Source: the human T2T-CHM13v2.0 reference genome, Homo sapiens
Strand: one strand, 5' to 3'
DNA length: 64,000 nucleotides
Assembly: GCF_009914755.1 (NCBI RefSeq)
Contig: NC_060936.1
Shown here: piece by piece, positions 1 to 33,510 of the stretch
Layout of the letters: each line of letters begins with the position of its first letter
How positions within the stretch are numbered: position 1 is the first letter of the stretch
Made by a program: the position numbers and the translations under genes
Notes under the pieces: model-generated
Seen by the model: the letters and a program-made list of their open reading frames with translations, nothing else
What the model was told of the DNA's origin: nothing
Databases searched by the model: none

Positions 1-449
1 GTTTGTTCTTTTGCTCTTTGCAATAAATCTTGCTACTGCTCACTCTTTGGGTCCACACTGCTTTTATGAGCTGTAACACTCACCGCAAAGGTCTGCAGCT
101 TCACTCCTGAAGCCAGCGAGACCACGAGCCCACCGGGAGGAACGAACAAATCCAGACGCGCTTCCTTAAGAGCTGTAACACTCACCGCGAAGGTCTGCAG
201 CTTCACTCCTGAAGCCAGTGAGACCACCAGCCCACCGGGAGGAACGATCAAATCCAGACGCGCTGCCTTAAGAGCTGTAACACTCACCGTGAAGGTCTGC
301 AGCTTCACTCCTGAGCCAGCGAGACCACGAACCCACCAGAAGGAAGAAACTCCGGACACGCCACCTTTAAGAACTGTAACACTCAGTGCGAGGGTCCGCG
401 GCTTCATTCTTGAAGTCAGTGAGACCAAGAACCCACTAATTCCGGACAC
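1..449 (+). mobile_element. LTR12 (ERV9) LTR, 3' part (R/U5), cut by window edge
   Basis: AATAAA at 22-27; ~102 bp tandem U5 units starting GAGCTGTAACACTCACCG at 68, 170 and 272; ends AATTCCGGACAC like LTR12. Confidence 0.92.
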
Positions 450-625
450 GCCTCTACAAACAATTTAAAAATTAGCTGCACCTGGTGGCACATGCCTGTT
501 GTCCCAGCTCCTAAGGAGACTGAGGCAGAAGGATCACTTGAGCCCAGGAGGTCGAGGCTGCGGTGAGCTATGATTACATTCCTATACTACAGCCTGAGAC
601 CCTGTCTCAAAAAACAAACAAAAAA
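450..625 (+). mobile_element. AluJ-like 3' portion, probably interrupted by the LTR12
   Basis: Begins at the Alu middle A-rich region, then a right monomer with GGATCACTTGAGCCCAGGAGGTCGAGGCTGC and an A-tail. Confidence 0.8.
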
Positions 626-737
626 CACAGCAACAATAAACCTGAAACTGTGTCCTCACATGGCAGGAAAGCTAAAGAACAAGCTAAATGAATATGTCAT
701 ATTCTATATTAAGAGGACAAGTTAAAGAGAATCCCAT

Positions 738-1095
738 TGTCTTAGGGACAGTTTCATTTGCTGCAACAGAATAGCAGAGACTGGGCAATTTATAAAGAAA
801 AGAAATTTCTCAATTCTGGAGGCCAGGAAGTCTAAGATCAAGGCACTGGCAGGTTCAGTTGTCTGGTGAGGGCTTACAGGCTCCGAAAGGGAGGGATGCT
901 GTGTTCTTCTATGGTACAAAGTAGAAGGAAGGGCAAGAGAACTCAAAGCTGCATGAAGCCTTTTTTATAACATCCTTAATCCCCTTAATGAGAGCAGAAC
1001 CCTAATGACCTTATCCCCCCTTAAAGCCCTCACCTCTTAATAAGGTCGCATTGGCAACACCTGAATTTTGGAGGGGGCCCAGTCAAACCACAGCA
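738..1095 (-). mobile_element. MaLR solo LTR (MST/MLT1A-like)
   Basis: TGTCTTAG...AATTTATAAAGAAAAGAAAT...CTGGAGGCCAGGAAGTCTAAGATCAAGG...AAACCACAGCA, a typical reverse-strand MaLR LTR. Confidence 0.75.
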
Positions 1096-2055
1096 GCATC
1101 TTTTTATGAAATAATATTAGGAGCCCACTGAATTTTTGTTCTCCAGATTCACTCTAGTTCAACACATGAGCAATTCTTGCTAAAATTTCTCTTCCTTTCA
1201 GGTGTGATTATATCACAATAGTAAGAGATAACTAACTTTTGTTCAGGAACCTCCTTATCGCTGCTTAGAAATTTGCATTTCTGACCATCAGTAGATTGCA
1301 GGTCCTACTCATTAGGGCATTTCTTAGTTGCATATGGTAGTGATATTATATTTCAGTCCTAATTGACATTAACAAGATGATTTGCATGTGGGGGAAAGGT
1401 ATTCATTTGAGTGCAGATAGAACTGGATTTGTGGAACTCTTCAAAGATATGTAGAGTGGTGCAGGAAGCTCTGGATTTTTCCTTACTGCCTCACTAATAC
1501 TGTAAATAGTTGGATGACTGCTGTAACTAGATATACACATTCTTGAAGAATGTTTAATCTTGCAAAATTGTGCACTAAAACTATTCAAACCTTATGCAAT
1601 ATTTTAACAAAAGCAGTATCAAAAATGCTAATAATAGCACAGTTTAAAAGATATGTTGAGTTTCTAATAAATATTACAGAAAATATAGCAAAAAACAAAA
1701 CCAAAAACATAAGAAGGTAGTATGAAGGAAGAAGCTAAAAGGAAAGGTCTTCACAGTTTACATCATAGAGACAAGGAAAGAACTACATTGTTACCAGAAT
1801 TCCCACCTAGAGAAGCTGTTGCAGACTTTGCACAAAATGTTGTGAGGACGGAGAGTTTGGCTTATATCATTGTGTGTGTTTGTGTGTTTGCACAAAGCCT
1901 ATGGAAAATTCACATTAAGCAGTTTTAAGACAGAGTCGTGGCCAGACAGAGCTAAACAGAAGAACTTGTAATGTACGACGTACAGACATCTTGCACTCTA
2001 CGCTTCCCCTGTGGCTGGCCGCATTCCACTAAGTTAGGGTGCAAACTATGCATCA

Positions 2056-2451
<396 letters not shown>

Positions 2452-2667
2452 TTATTTTAAGCTCAAAGCCTGGAGGTTGTCCTAATATTAATGGTTTCAT
2501 ACCAGCTAGAAACTTTTCTTTATTTCATTTTACCTTCCTTTTCTTTGGATAATGACTTTAAGGGATAATGATTGAAGGCCTCTTTTGCTAACACTCCCAT
2601 TCTTCAGTTAACTATTTGGTTAGGTGCCAGAAAAATAAAAAATAACTAAATATCTTTAAAAAGTCTA

Positions 2668-3303
<636 letters not shown>

Positions 3304-3334
3304 AACATCATCTTATTCTAAAACATTTCATTTT

Positions 3335-3599
<265 letters not shown>

Positions 3600-3835
3600 T
3601 CAAAGTTGAGCACTGAAGTTTGAACATAATATTACTTTTTGCTAGACTATAAGTTCTTCCAGGTAAGGAAATAGGACTATTTAGCATCGGATCTCAAGTT
3701 TTCAAAAGAGTGCTTTGTACTTAGTAGGTACTGAACAAATGTTTATCAAATGAATGACTTTTCCCTTTCATGCTATACTCCGTCCTATTTCCCATTCACC
3801 AAAGTTGCCATTCAACTGCAGAGTTATAAGTGAAA

Positions 3836-6293
<2,458 letters not shown>

Positions 6294-6756
6294 CATGCTG
6301 CTCTTTCATAACTTGCACATGGCCTCTAGTAATTTTATGGCATCTTTCCACTTTACCACCCACTGTTGAATAACTTCACTTTTTAGGTATTTGTTATTTT
6401 AAACAGAGCAGCAAACATTCTTGCCTTGGCTTACCTCATCTGTTTGTGCTAGGTCTTATCTAGCACAAAATCTTTGGTCATACAAATGCATTAAATTTCC
6501 ACTTCTGGTTTAGTAGCTACATGTGCGAGTAGAGGGCTGGAATGTGGACATGGTCAATGTAGGGCAGTTTTCTCAGCAGGAGTATGAATCGGATAGTATA
6601 TTAACCTTTTGTGTGTAAGTAATACGTATATATTTTAAACTTATTTAACCCCAAAAAAGTGGGGGGGATTTATTGGTTCACTTATTCAAGCATTCATTAA
6701 GCATTGATTATTACATTTCAGGCACTCTTGTCACCTGTTGAAAAAATCCAGGGATG

Positions 6757-7163
<407 letters not shown>

Positions 7164-7467
7164 TCAGCTTTTCCTGCTGTCGGTTTTATTCCCAGGCAAG
7201 TAAACACAGACAGAAGCAACATTAATCATACATTGTGTCAGTTTATTAATGCCAGTAGAGAGAAAACTGTTTCTCTAGTGGATTTAGGAAGAATTTCAGA
7301 GTTGAGATGGATTATATTTCCATTGCTGAACCAGTCAATGTGACTGTGGTTAGACAGGCCTCGTTCACATATTAAGGCCTGAAGTTGGGGTGGTAAGATC
7401 AGGCCAGTAAGAATGACTCAGGCTAAGAATGAGGAAGAGTGGTGCCTCAAAAGGAGATTGAAGTACT

Positions 7468-8010
7468 TGTGGTGGTTGAACTGTGTTCAACTGACTTAAT
7501 CTGGAATCAATTTTTCATACTTCCTCTCCTTATATTGCAAGGAGAGAAAGTATGTAATATTTTTGGAAGGCAGAAATAGAGCACTGGCCATTACTCTCTG
7601 AAGGTCATCCTACTCAGAGATGGTGACAAACAGGCAAAGAGTTGATTATAAATTCCAGGTTGCCCTCACCCTTGTTCACTTCACCTCCGGCATGTCTTCT
7701 TATCTGCTAAATCTGCTGACCAACAATGGCCCCAGGTCCACCAACAGACACTTAATTGTGGACCTACAGAGGGGAGAACTATACAGAGGCAATAGCATTC
7801 CCTTTGCAGTCCCACTTAGGTAATTGTATGTGCTTGACTTTTCAGATTAATTAGTTGGTGCCTCATTCTCTGTTTCTCCAAAGAGCCTACCTGGATTGTT
7901 GCTTCTTCAGCTCTTAGTATAGGTGTAGAAGGCTTAAATCCTATAACAAACCTCTTATTTCTAAAACTCATTAGGGTCTCCACTTCTCTTACTAAACCCT
8001 AGCTGACACT
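7468..8010 (+). mobile_element. Old ERVL LTR (LTR41-like), probable 5' LTR of the host ERVL
   Basis: Starts TGTGGTGGTTGAACT; contains TTTGGAAGGCAGAAATAGAGCACTGGCCATTACTCTCTGAAGGTC; ends AAACCCTAGCTGACAC; ERVL internal sequence follows. Family name from memory. Confidence 0.6.
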
Positions 8011-8095
8011 GTTTTTTGTTTTTTGTTTTTTTGTATAGGAATTTGTTCCAGGGGAACAGGGACGTGATGATGGGGCTTTAAAATTTTGTTCTCTG

Positions 8096-10699
<2,604 letters not shown>

Positions 10700-11276
10700 T
10701 GTGATGGTTAATATTGAGTGTCAACTTAATTGGATTGAAGGATACAAAGTATTGATTCTGGTTGTGTCTGTGAGGGTGTTACAGAAAGAGATTAACATTT
10801 GAGTCAGTGGGCTGGGGAAGGCAGATCCACCCTTCATCTGGTGGGCACAATCTATCAGCTGCCAGCGAACATAAAGCTGGCAGAAAAACTTGAAAAGGAG
10901 AGACTAGCCTAGCCTCCCAGCCTACATCTTTCTCCTGTGCTGGATGCTTCCTACCCTCAAACATCAGACTCCAACTTCTTCAGTTTTGGGACTCAGATGG
11001 GCTGTCCTTGTTCCTCAGCTTACAGACAGCCTATTGTGGGACCCTGTGATTGTGTAAGTTAATACTTAATAAACTCCCCTTTATATATATATATATATAT
11101 ACTCTCTATATAAAGTATATACTATATACTATATAAAGCATATAGTATAAAAATATAACATATATACTATATACTTTATAGATATAAAATACTATACATA
11201 AAATATATGCTATATATAAACTAATACAATATATATCCTATTAGTTCTGTCCCTCTAGAGAACCCTGACTAATACA
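10700..11276 (+). mobile_element. 5' LTR, MLT2A (probably MLT2A1), with AT-rich expansion ~11080-11237
   Basis: TGTGATGGTTAATATTGAGTGTCAAC...AGAGAACCCTGACTAATACA. Confidence 0.92.
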
Positions 11277-11281
11277 GATTT

Positions 11282-11299
11282 TGGTACCAGGAGTGGGGT
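11282..11299 (+). promoter_or_regulatory. Primer-binding site, tRNA-Leu
   Basis: TGGTACCAGGAGTGGGGT just after the LTR; complementary to the tRNA-Leu(UAA) 3' end as I recall it. Confidence 0.88.
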
Positions 11300-11369
11300 C
11301 TAGAGGAACAGAATATTAAGCATGGAATTCTTTCATTGGTTTTGGGCTTTCTGGGATTGGCTGCTTAAT

Positions 11370-17228
<5,859 letters not shown>

Positions 17229-17547
17229 CTATTATGAGTATTCCCTCTTTCTTTTGTTAAAAACATGTTTGTGCTTGTATACACATGTACAAGAAAATAT
17301 CTTTATTGTATTTCCTTTCTTTTTTATCATGTGATCATGTGACGTAAGATTTATTGACTTCATATCAGTATTTAAGCATGGTTAACTGTATGTAATAGTA
17401 TTTGGGTTGGGGATTGGTGTGTTTCTGGTAGTACAAAGAATAGCTGTATTATGTTAGGCGTAATTATGACCTTATTATTGTCTTTATTTGAAGATTATGT
17501 ATGATCTCAGAGGATGTGTATACGTTCAAGTTGACAAGGAGTGGACT

Positions 17548-18190
17548 TGTGATGGTAAATACTGAGTGTCCACTTGATTGAAGGATATAAAGTATTAATC
17601 CTGGGTGTGTCTGTGAGAGTGTTGCAAAAAGAGATTAACATTTGAGTTGGTGGGCTGGGGAAGGCAGATCTACCCTTAATCTGGTGGGCACAATCTAATC
17701 AGCTGCCAGCGAATATAAAGCAGGCAGAAAAACTTGAAATGGAGAGACTGGCTGAGCCTCCCAGCCTACAGCTTTTCTCCCGTGGTGGATGCTCCCTGCC
17801 CTTGAATATCAGACTCCAAGTTCTTCAGTTTTGGGATTCAGACTAGCTCTCCTTGCTCCTCAGTTTGCAGACAGCCTGTTGTGGTACCTTTGCAATAGTG
17901 TAAGTTAATAATAAATAAATAAATAAATATCCCATTAATTTTTTTTTCTTCCTTAGCCATGGTAACTCATATGGTGTGAGTTCAGAGAGGGGACAATGTA
18001 GCAGGAGTGAGGGCTAGAGTAATACAACTTACTTCTTCCTATAGGAGTTTATTCAAGCTGGTCTAGATTAATGATAGAGTGCTACTGCACACACTTTTAT
18101 GGTTTGGTAAAATTATATATATATAAAATTATATATAATATATATATCTCCCATTAATTCTGTCCCTCTAAGAGAACCCTGACTAATAAA
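17548..18190 (+). mobile_element. 3' LTR, MLT2A, carrying a foreign insert at 17931-18110
   Basis: Preceded by a purine tract AAGGAGTGGAC; matches the 5' LTR (about 10% mismatches by eye over the first ~225 bp). Confidence 0.92.
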
Positions 18191-19770
18191 CCTTCCAAAG
18201 TTAAGCACAGGTAGTTTCATCTGATCCCTCCTAACAGTAAGAAAGAGACATAATGCCTAATGGGCCTCTGTGGATTTTACAGACAACATATACTATAGTT
18301 GCATATAGTATTCTGACCCATTTACCTGGTAACTCAAATGGCTGCTGATTTGGTTGGATCCCAGAGAAAGAGGAATCTCAGCATGAGATCAGGTTGCTCT
18401 TCAATCTATTCTGCCACGTGGGCCATATTAACCCAGCAGATGTAATTATGCTTGCACCATCTTTGGTAGATATGGACACTGTTTGGAACTTTTGGTGTGC
18501 TCCTATGGGATTCTGTAGCAAAGCTATTCCATTGTCTGCAGATTACTATTGTCTCTTTGAGAAATAGCTTCTGTTCAGTACAGACTGATAGCTTGACCAT
18601 TGGCCACCAAGTTACCCTGTGATCTAAGCTGCCCATTATGAATTAAATGTTATAAACTTACCAAACCATAAAATTAAGTGTGTCCAGTAGCACTCTATCA
18701 TTAATCTAGACCAGCTTGGAGAAACTCCTATAGGAGGAAGTAAGTTGTATTATTGTAGCCCTGACTCCTGCTACATTGCCCCCTCTCTGAACTCACACCA
18801 TATGAGTTACCATGGCTAAGGAAGAAAAAAAAATGGGCTTGGTTCTGCATTATATGTTAGCATCACCTGAAATTGGGATGGATGCAGTACGATAGTCTAA
18901 TCTGGAATGAATCTGAAGAATATTGGTGAAAGAAAATCCTCTCAGTGGCAGAATTTCAAGTGGTACATTTAGTTGTCCACTGTACCTGCTGTAAAGAATT
19001 GGCAAGAACTATGGATATATATTGATTCATGGTTATTTGCTGACACTTGGCTGGATGGTCTGGGACACGAAAAGAACAGAGTTGGAAGATTGGTGACATG
19101 ACAGTCTGGGATAGAGGTACATGATTAGACAGACTTCTCCAAATGAGCAGTGAGTAGGAGGTATCTGTCCCTAGTGAATGTCACCAAAGAGCATCCTTAG
19201 CAAAAGAGGGTCTTTATAATAAGGTAGAAAAGATGATAAGATAATAAGGTCTATAAATGTCAGACAGTATCTTTCCCCAGGCATCCCTGTCTTTGCCCAG
19301 TGGGCTTTTGCGCAACGTAGTCATGTGGGCAGGGATGGAGGATATTCATGGACTCAGAAACATGGATTTCCATTGACCAAAACCACAGCAATGTGCCTGA
19401 GCTACCAAGAGCAGACACCAGTAATGAACCCCTGATTTAGCACCATTCCAGGGAGGGCAAGCCAATCCTGGTAGTAGGTTCATTACATTAAATCACGTCA
19501 TTCAAAGGCTAAACTTTGTTCTCATTGGAATCAACTATTACTTTGGAAATGTACTCACATTCCCTGCCTGCAATGTTTCTGCCAAAACCACCACAATCCA
19601 TGGATTTATAGAATGCCTAAATCATAATATCCCAAAGAATATTGCTTCCAACCAAGGAATTCATTTTATAACAAACGAGGTATGATGATATACTTATCCT
19701 CATAGAACTTGCTGGTTTTACTGTGTTCCCCATTACCTGAAATAGCTGTCCTCATGCAATGGTAGAATAA
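18191..19770 (+). mobile_element. Old ERVL internal sequence (pol: RT connection, RNaseH, integrase), highly degenerate
   Basis: Collinear similarity to HERV-L 14460-16490, e.g. TTTGAGAAATAGCTTCTG, ATTGATTCATGG, TTGCTTCCAACCAAGGAATTCATTTTA. Confidence 0.8.
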
Positions 19771-20564
19771 TATTTTCCTGTATACTAAGTTACCTTTCAG
19801 AGGAAATAAAATATTTTACTTGCATTTATTTCATTTGACACTCTTCATTTCTTTGTATGGGTCCAAGTTTCTGGCCTACATAATTACTCTCCCTGGAATT
19901 GTTTTAAAATATTTCCTGTAGAGTAATTCTATTGGCAATAAATTCACTCAGTGTTTATTTGTTTGAGAAAATGTTTATTTCTTCTTCATTTTTAAAGGAT
20001 ACTTTTGCTGGGTATAGAATAGAATTCTGAGTTGACATTTTCTTTCAGCATTTGAAAGATATTACCCCATTTTCTTCTTTTTTGCATGGTTTCTGATGAA
20101 ACATTTGTTGTAATTCTAATTCTTGTACCTCTACAGGTAATGTGTCTTTTTCTCTGGCTGGCTTCAAGATTTTTGTTTGTCTTTGGTTTGCAGCTATTTG
20201 AATGTGATATAGCCTAAGTTACCAGGTTTTGGTATTTCTCCTGGTTGGTGTTTTCTGAGCATCTTGGATCTATGATTTAGTGTCTATCACTAACTTTGGA
20301 AAATTTTTGGCCATTATTTACTGAAATATTCTTATTCTCTCTTTCTTCTCCTTCTGGAATTCTAATTATGCAAATGTTAGTCCATTTGATATTGTTTCAC
20401 ATCTTATGAATATTCTGTTGTGTTTTTTCATTCATCCCTTTCTTCTCTTTGCATTTTAGTTTGAATAATTTCTATTGACCTATCTTCAAGTTTATTGATT
20501 CTTTGCTTACCTGTATTGACTCTAATTGATGAGCTCATTGAAGACATATTTTCATCTCTATTAT

Positions 20565-20565
<1 letters not shown>
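19770..20565 (-). mobile_element. Old L1 (L1M) fragment
   Basis: T-rich L1M motifs TTTAAAGGATACTTTTGCTGGGTATAGAAT and TTTGGCCATTATT. Confidence 0.7.
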
Positions 20566-21202
<637 letters not shown>

Positions 21203-21250
21203 TGTTCCTTCCCCTTTCTAAAACTACAGAATATATAGTTCAGTGTTTTA

Positions 21251-22095
<845 letters not shown>

Positions 22096-22929
22096 ACTAT
22101 ATAATATAGTATATATTTAAATATATATTTCAAATACATACAAAATATATGATATAATTCATATGAATTTTCCATATATAATATATAATATTATCCTTCA
22201 GCATCCTAGTAAACCTTGTTCTTTTTCTGCAGTTTGTTCCTTTCTTCCCCCAAAAACAAATATGGATCTTCCTTTCTTGAAAAAAATAACAATTTGGGTC
22301 TTGTAGATTACAGCTTTCTATCTAATGTACCAAGGTATAATGATGTGGGCAGGTTCACTGATGTGACATGTATGGGTTACAGATATCCAGATACACTGAC
22401 CCTCTTAACTATCATTGCCATCATGGGCAGCTGGAGGCAGCCGAAGCCCCAATCATCTTAGTTCTCCCCAGGCCTTGAGCAGGCATTTTTATTTACCACA
22501 GTATCCCACACAAAAGCAGTATTGTCAATTTTCAATTTCTACTACAACTGAAAATACTAAAATTTTACAAAGATGAATTAAAAATATTGATATTGGGAGT
22601 TAATTTAATTTTCCAAAAGTTGTGTTTTCAAAACACATTGGATGAGAGCTGTGATATGCAAATTATGCAGAATGCTTTCATGCCATTTTGACACAGATCT
22701 TTTATTGAGGCCATTTAGTGCTGTGACTATTTGGACTCTACAATTTTACTCCAGGTATTTTATACTCTAATCAATTATTTCATATTCTTCAGCTCAATAC
22801 ACAGCAGTTAAGCAGGAACACTGCTTAACATTTGTAAAAGAAAAGAATTCTAAACAATCTAAGAAATTCCTCCAACAAAGGGGATGTCTGCTACATACAT
22901 TATTTAATACAATTCTGTTACTTGGCTAC

Positions 22930-24172
22930 ATTTTTTTTTTAATTTGTATTTTAAGTTCAGGGGTACATGTGCAGATGTGCAGGTCGTTCCACAGGTAAAT
23001 GTGTGTCATGGGGGGTTATTGCACAGATTATTTCATCACCCTGGTATTAAGCCTTGTACCCATTTTAGTTATTTTTCCTGGTCCTCTCCCTCCTCCCACT
23101 CTTCACCCGCTGATAGGCCCCAGTGTGTGTTGTTCCCCTCCATGTGTCCACGTGTTCTTATCATTCAGCTCACACTTATAAGTGAGAACATGTGGTATTT
23201 GGTTTTCTGTTTCTGCATTAGTTTGCTAAAGATAATGGCCTCCAGCTCCATCCATGTCCCTGTGAAGGAAATGGTCTCATTCTTTTTTATGGCTGCATAG
23301 TATTCCATGGTGTATATGTACCACATTTTCTTTATTCAGTCTATCATTGATGGACATTTGGGTGGGTTCCATGTCTTTGCTATTGTGAATTGTGCTGCAA
23401 TTAAATATACATGCATGTGTCTTTATAATAGAATGACTTCTATTCCTTTGGGTGTATACCCAGTAATGGAATTGCTGGGTCAAGTGGTATTTCTGTCTCT
23501 AGGTCTTTGAGGAATTGCTACGCTGTCTTCCACAATGGTTGAACTAATTTACACTCCTATCAATAGTGTATAAGCATTCCTTTTTCTCTACAACCTCACC
23601 AGCATCTATTATTTTTTGACTTTTTAATAATGGACATTCTGACTGGTGTGAAATGGTATCTCATTGTGGTTTTGATTTGCATTTCTCTAATGATTAGTGA
23701 TGTTGAGATTGTTTTCTTGTTGGCTGCATGTATGTCTTCTTTTGAGAAGTGTCTGTTCATGTCCTTTGCCCACTTTTTAATGGAGTTGTTTTCTCTTGTA
23801 AATTTGTTTAAGTTCTGTATAAATGCTGGATATTATACTTTGTCAGATGCATAGTTTGCAAAATTTTTCTCCCATTCTGTAGGTTGTCTGTTTACTCTGT
23901 TGATAGTTTCTTTTGCTGTGCAGAGGCTCTTTAGTTTAATTAGATTCCACTTGTCAATTTTTGCTTTTGTTGCAATTGCTTTTGGTGTCTTTGTCATGAA
24001 ATCTTTGTCCGTGCCTTTGTCCTGAATGGTATTTCCTAGGTTGTCTACCAGGGTTTTTACAGTTTTTACAGTTTTAGACTTAGGTTCTACACTTAAGTCT
24101 TTAATCCATCTTGGTTAATTTTTGTATATGGTGTAAGGAAGGGGACCAGTTTCAATTTTCTGTATATGGCTA
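22930..24172 (-). mobile_element. L1PA (older, about PA11-PA16) 3' end, 5'-truncated
   Basis: TTTAAGTTCAGGGGTACATGTGCAG...GTGAGAACATGTGGTATTTGG...GTGTAAGGAAGGGG; ORF2 C-terminal remnants. Confidence 0.9.
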
Positions 24173-24179
24173 TTGGTAC

Positions 24180-25716
<1,537 letters not shown>

Positions 25717-26256
25717 TGTGAAAGTTAATATAAGTGTCAACTTGATTGGATTGAAGGATGTGAAGTATTGTTTCTGGGTGTGTCTTTGAGGGTGTTGCCC
25801 AAAGCAGATTAACATTTGAGTCAGTGGACTGGGAGAGGAAGACCCACCCTCAATGTGGGTGGGCACCATCCAAGCAGCTGCCAGCATGGCTAGAATAAGT
25901 TGGCAGAAGAAGTTGGAAGAAGCTGGCTTGCTGAGTATTCAGCTTTTATCTTTCTTCCATGCTGGATGCTTCCTGACCTTGAACATCGTCTTCAGCCTTT
26001 GGACTCTTGGACTTACACCAGTGGTTTGCCAGGGACTCTTGGGCCTCTAGCCACAGACTGAAGCCTGCAATGTTGGCTTCCCTACTTTAGAAACTCTGGG
26101 ACTCAGACTGAGCCACTATTGGCTTCCTTGCTCCTCAGCTTGCAGACAGCCTATCATGGGATTTCACCCTGTGATCATGTGAATTCTCCTTAATAAACTC
26201 CCTTTCATATGTACATATATCCTGTTGGTTCTGTCCCTCTGGAGAACCCTAACACA
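25717..26256 (+). mobile_element. Solo MLT2 LTR (MLT2B-like)
   Basis: TGTGAAAGTTAATATAAGTGTCAACTTGATTGGATTG...GAGAACCCTAACACA; TSD GTTAG at 25712-25716 and 26257-26261. Confidence 0.9.
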
Positions 26257-26333
26257 GTTAGATATTTTCCCTTTCTTTTCAACTATTAGTTAGACCTTGT
26301 AGACTGATTCTCTCCTTTTAAAAAATAATTTCT

Positions 26334-28742
<2,409 letters not shown>

Positions 28743-28744
28743 AC

Positions 28745-29480
28745 TGCAATGAATGTAGAGTCCTGTGCTCACCAATAAGGATAAGGACTTCCATTCATAT
28801 TGACTGGCAGCAAAATGTGGAAGGTGACTGAATTTATCATTGCAGAAGTTTAGGTATTCCACACATGTTGACGAGCCAGCATTGTTTGCAAGATATAAAA
28901 AGAAACATGTCATAAAATATTGTATATTTATTCCATTAAGCATTTTTGTCTTCATCTCTGCAATATCACAAAATGTTGCTAAAAATCAAGATTTTTACAT
29001 AATTTTAGTTCTAGTGAAATTATAGCAAAATTAGGCAACTTTTCTATAGATAATTATGGTTCTTAGGTAGTTCATTTTTCCCACAACTTTCCATTTTGAT
29101 TAACTTAATTGTGTTGTAACACTTAGAGTTGTCAAAAACATTGTTAAGGTATATTTAGTTTAAAAAAAAGAATGAAGATATTTACATACTGTGTTCACAC
29201 TATAATGTGGTCCATATTTTAAGTTATTCTCTCTGAAAATATTATAAAATACCTTACTTTCATTAATCATTCTCATATTGAGATTTCCACAATTTCTAAA
29301 AACAATATTTAGATCCATGTAGTATTTCTTACATTCTTTCAAAATTTTCATTTTGTCTTGCTTTAAAACAACATAATATGTGGCACTGTCCTAATAATTG
29401 CCTGTGTACTTTATTGTGTGCAGATGATGTTTTGCAATAAATAATTGATTCTTCATTTAATAAAGAATATAAGATTGCAG
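28745..29480 (-). mobile_element. Possible ancient hAT transposase remnant
   Basis: Minus-strand LANNAGSSTCVEYLNF loosely resembles the hAT dimerisation motif (SSAxVERxFS); weak evidence only. Confidence 0.25.
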
Positions 29481-29482
29481 TG

Positions 29483-29883
29483 TGCTGGGGTTTTAATATG
29501 TGTCCCAAACTTCATGTGTTGGAAACTTAATTTCCAATTCAACAATGTTGAGACGTGGGTGCTTTAAGAGGTAATTAGGTCATGAGAGTTCTGCCCTCAT
29601 GAAGTGTGATGCTATTATATCAGGAGTGGGTTGGTTATTGAGGGAATGAGTTCCTGATAAAAGGATAAGTTTGATCTCTCTCTCTCACTCTCTCAATGTC
29701 TGCATGTGCGCTCTTGCCCTCTGCCATCTAGCATTGGATGATGTAGCCAGAATGCCCTCAACAGATGAGGACCCCTTGATCTTAGACATCCCCACCTTCA
29801 AAACTGTGAGAAATAAATCTCTGTTCTTTATAAATTCCTTAGTCTCAGGCATCCTGTTATTGCATCCCAAAATGGACTAAATG
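29483..29883 (+). mobile_element. MST (MSTC/MSTD-like) 5' LTR
   Basis: TGCTGGGGTTTTAATATG...GTGAGAAATAAATCTCTGTTCTTTATAAATT...GGACTAAATGA, followed by MaLR internal GAAAATTGGTA; preceded by CAGTG. Confidence 0.85.
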
Positions 29884-30212
29884 AGAAAATTGGTATTAGA
29901 AGTAGGATTGTTGTTATAATAAATACCCCAAAATAAGCAAGTGACTTTCAAACTGAGTAATGGGTAGAGGCTGTAAGAATTTGGAGAAGCAGGTTAGAAA
30001 GAGCTTAGATTTCCATGAATGGAGTTTTAAAGGCAATTCTAGTGAGGGCTCAGAAGAAGCTGAGCTTTTGAGAGATTCTAAATCATAGGGATTAGTTAGG
30101 TGGTTGTGATCAGAATACTGGTAAAAATATGGATGGTAAATGCCATTCTGACAATATCTTAGATGGAACTGAGGAAGAAGGTACTGGAACCTGGAGTAAA
30201 TGTCATCCTTTT

Positions 30213-33084
<2,872 letters not shown>

Positions 33085-33510
33085 CTTGTTACACAGTTGT
33101 AAAAATCTTGGTGGAATTATGTCCATGTCCTAGGACTTTGTGGAAAGCAGAACTTAAGAGCAGTGAACTAGAGTATCTGGCAAAAGAAGTATCTAAGTAG
33201 CAAGGTATTTAAGGTGCTACATGGCTTATTTTGGCCACTTTAAATAAAATGAGCGAAGAGAGGAACGATTTGAAGACAAAATGTATAATTAAAAGAAAAT
33301 CATAATGAAAAGATTTGGAAAACTCAACCTGTCCATGTATAGAACAAAGAAGCATGTTTAGGAGACAAGACTAAGAGCATGGCCAAGCAATTATTTGGTA
33401 AAGAGATTAATATGGATAGAAGAAAGCCAGATTCTATTCATCAAGACACTGGAAAAATGACCCCAAAGGCATTTCAGAGATCTTTGAGGGAAGATAAAAC
33501 CTTGAATGCA

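Noticed and set aside
33-449. 138-aa ORF with internal repeats
   Set aside because: Antisense reading of the LTR12 U5 tandem repeats.
11282-11299. tRNA gene
   Set aside because: Only the 18-nt retroviral PBS.
18191-19770. Tandem duplication of HERV-L pol
   Set aside because: Far more diverged, outside the TSD, and continuous with 10660-10699, so it belongs to an older host element.
22200-22920. Possible ancient DNA-transposon coding remnant (also 1100-2050)
   Set aside because: No motif convincing enough by eye; needs a Dfam or HMM search.
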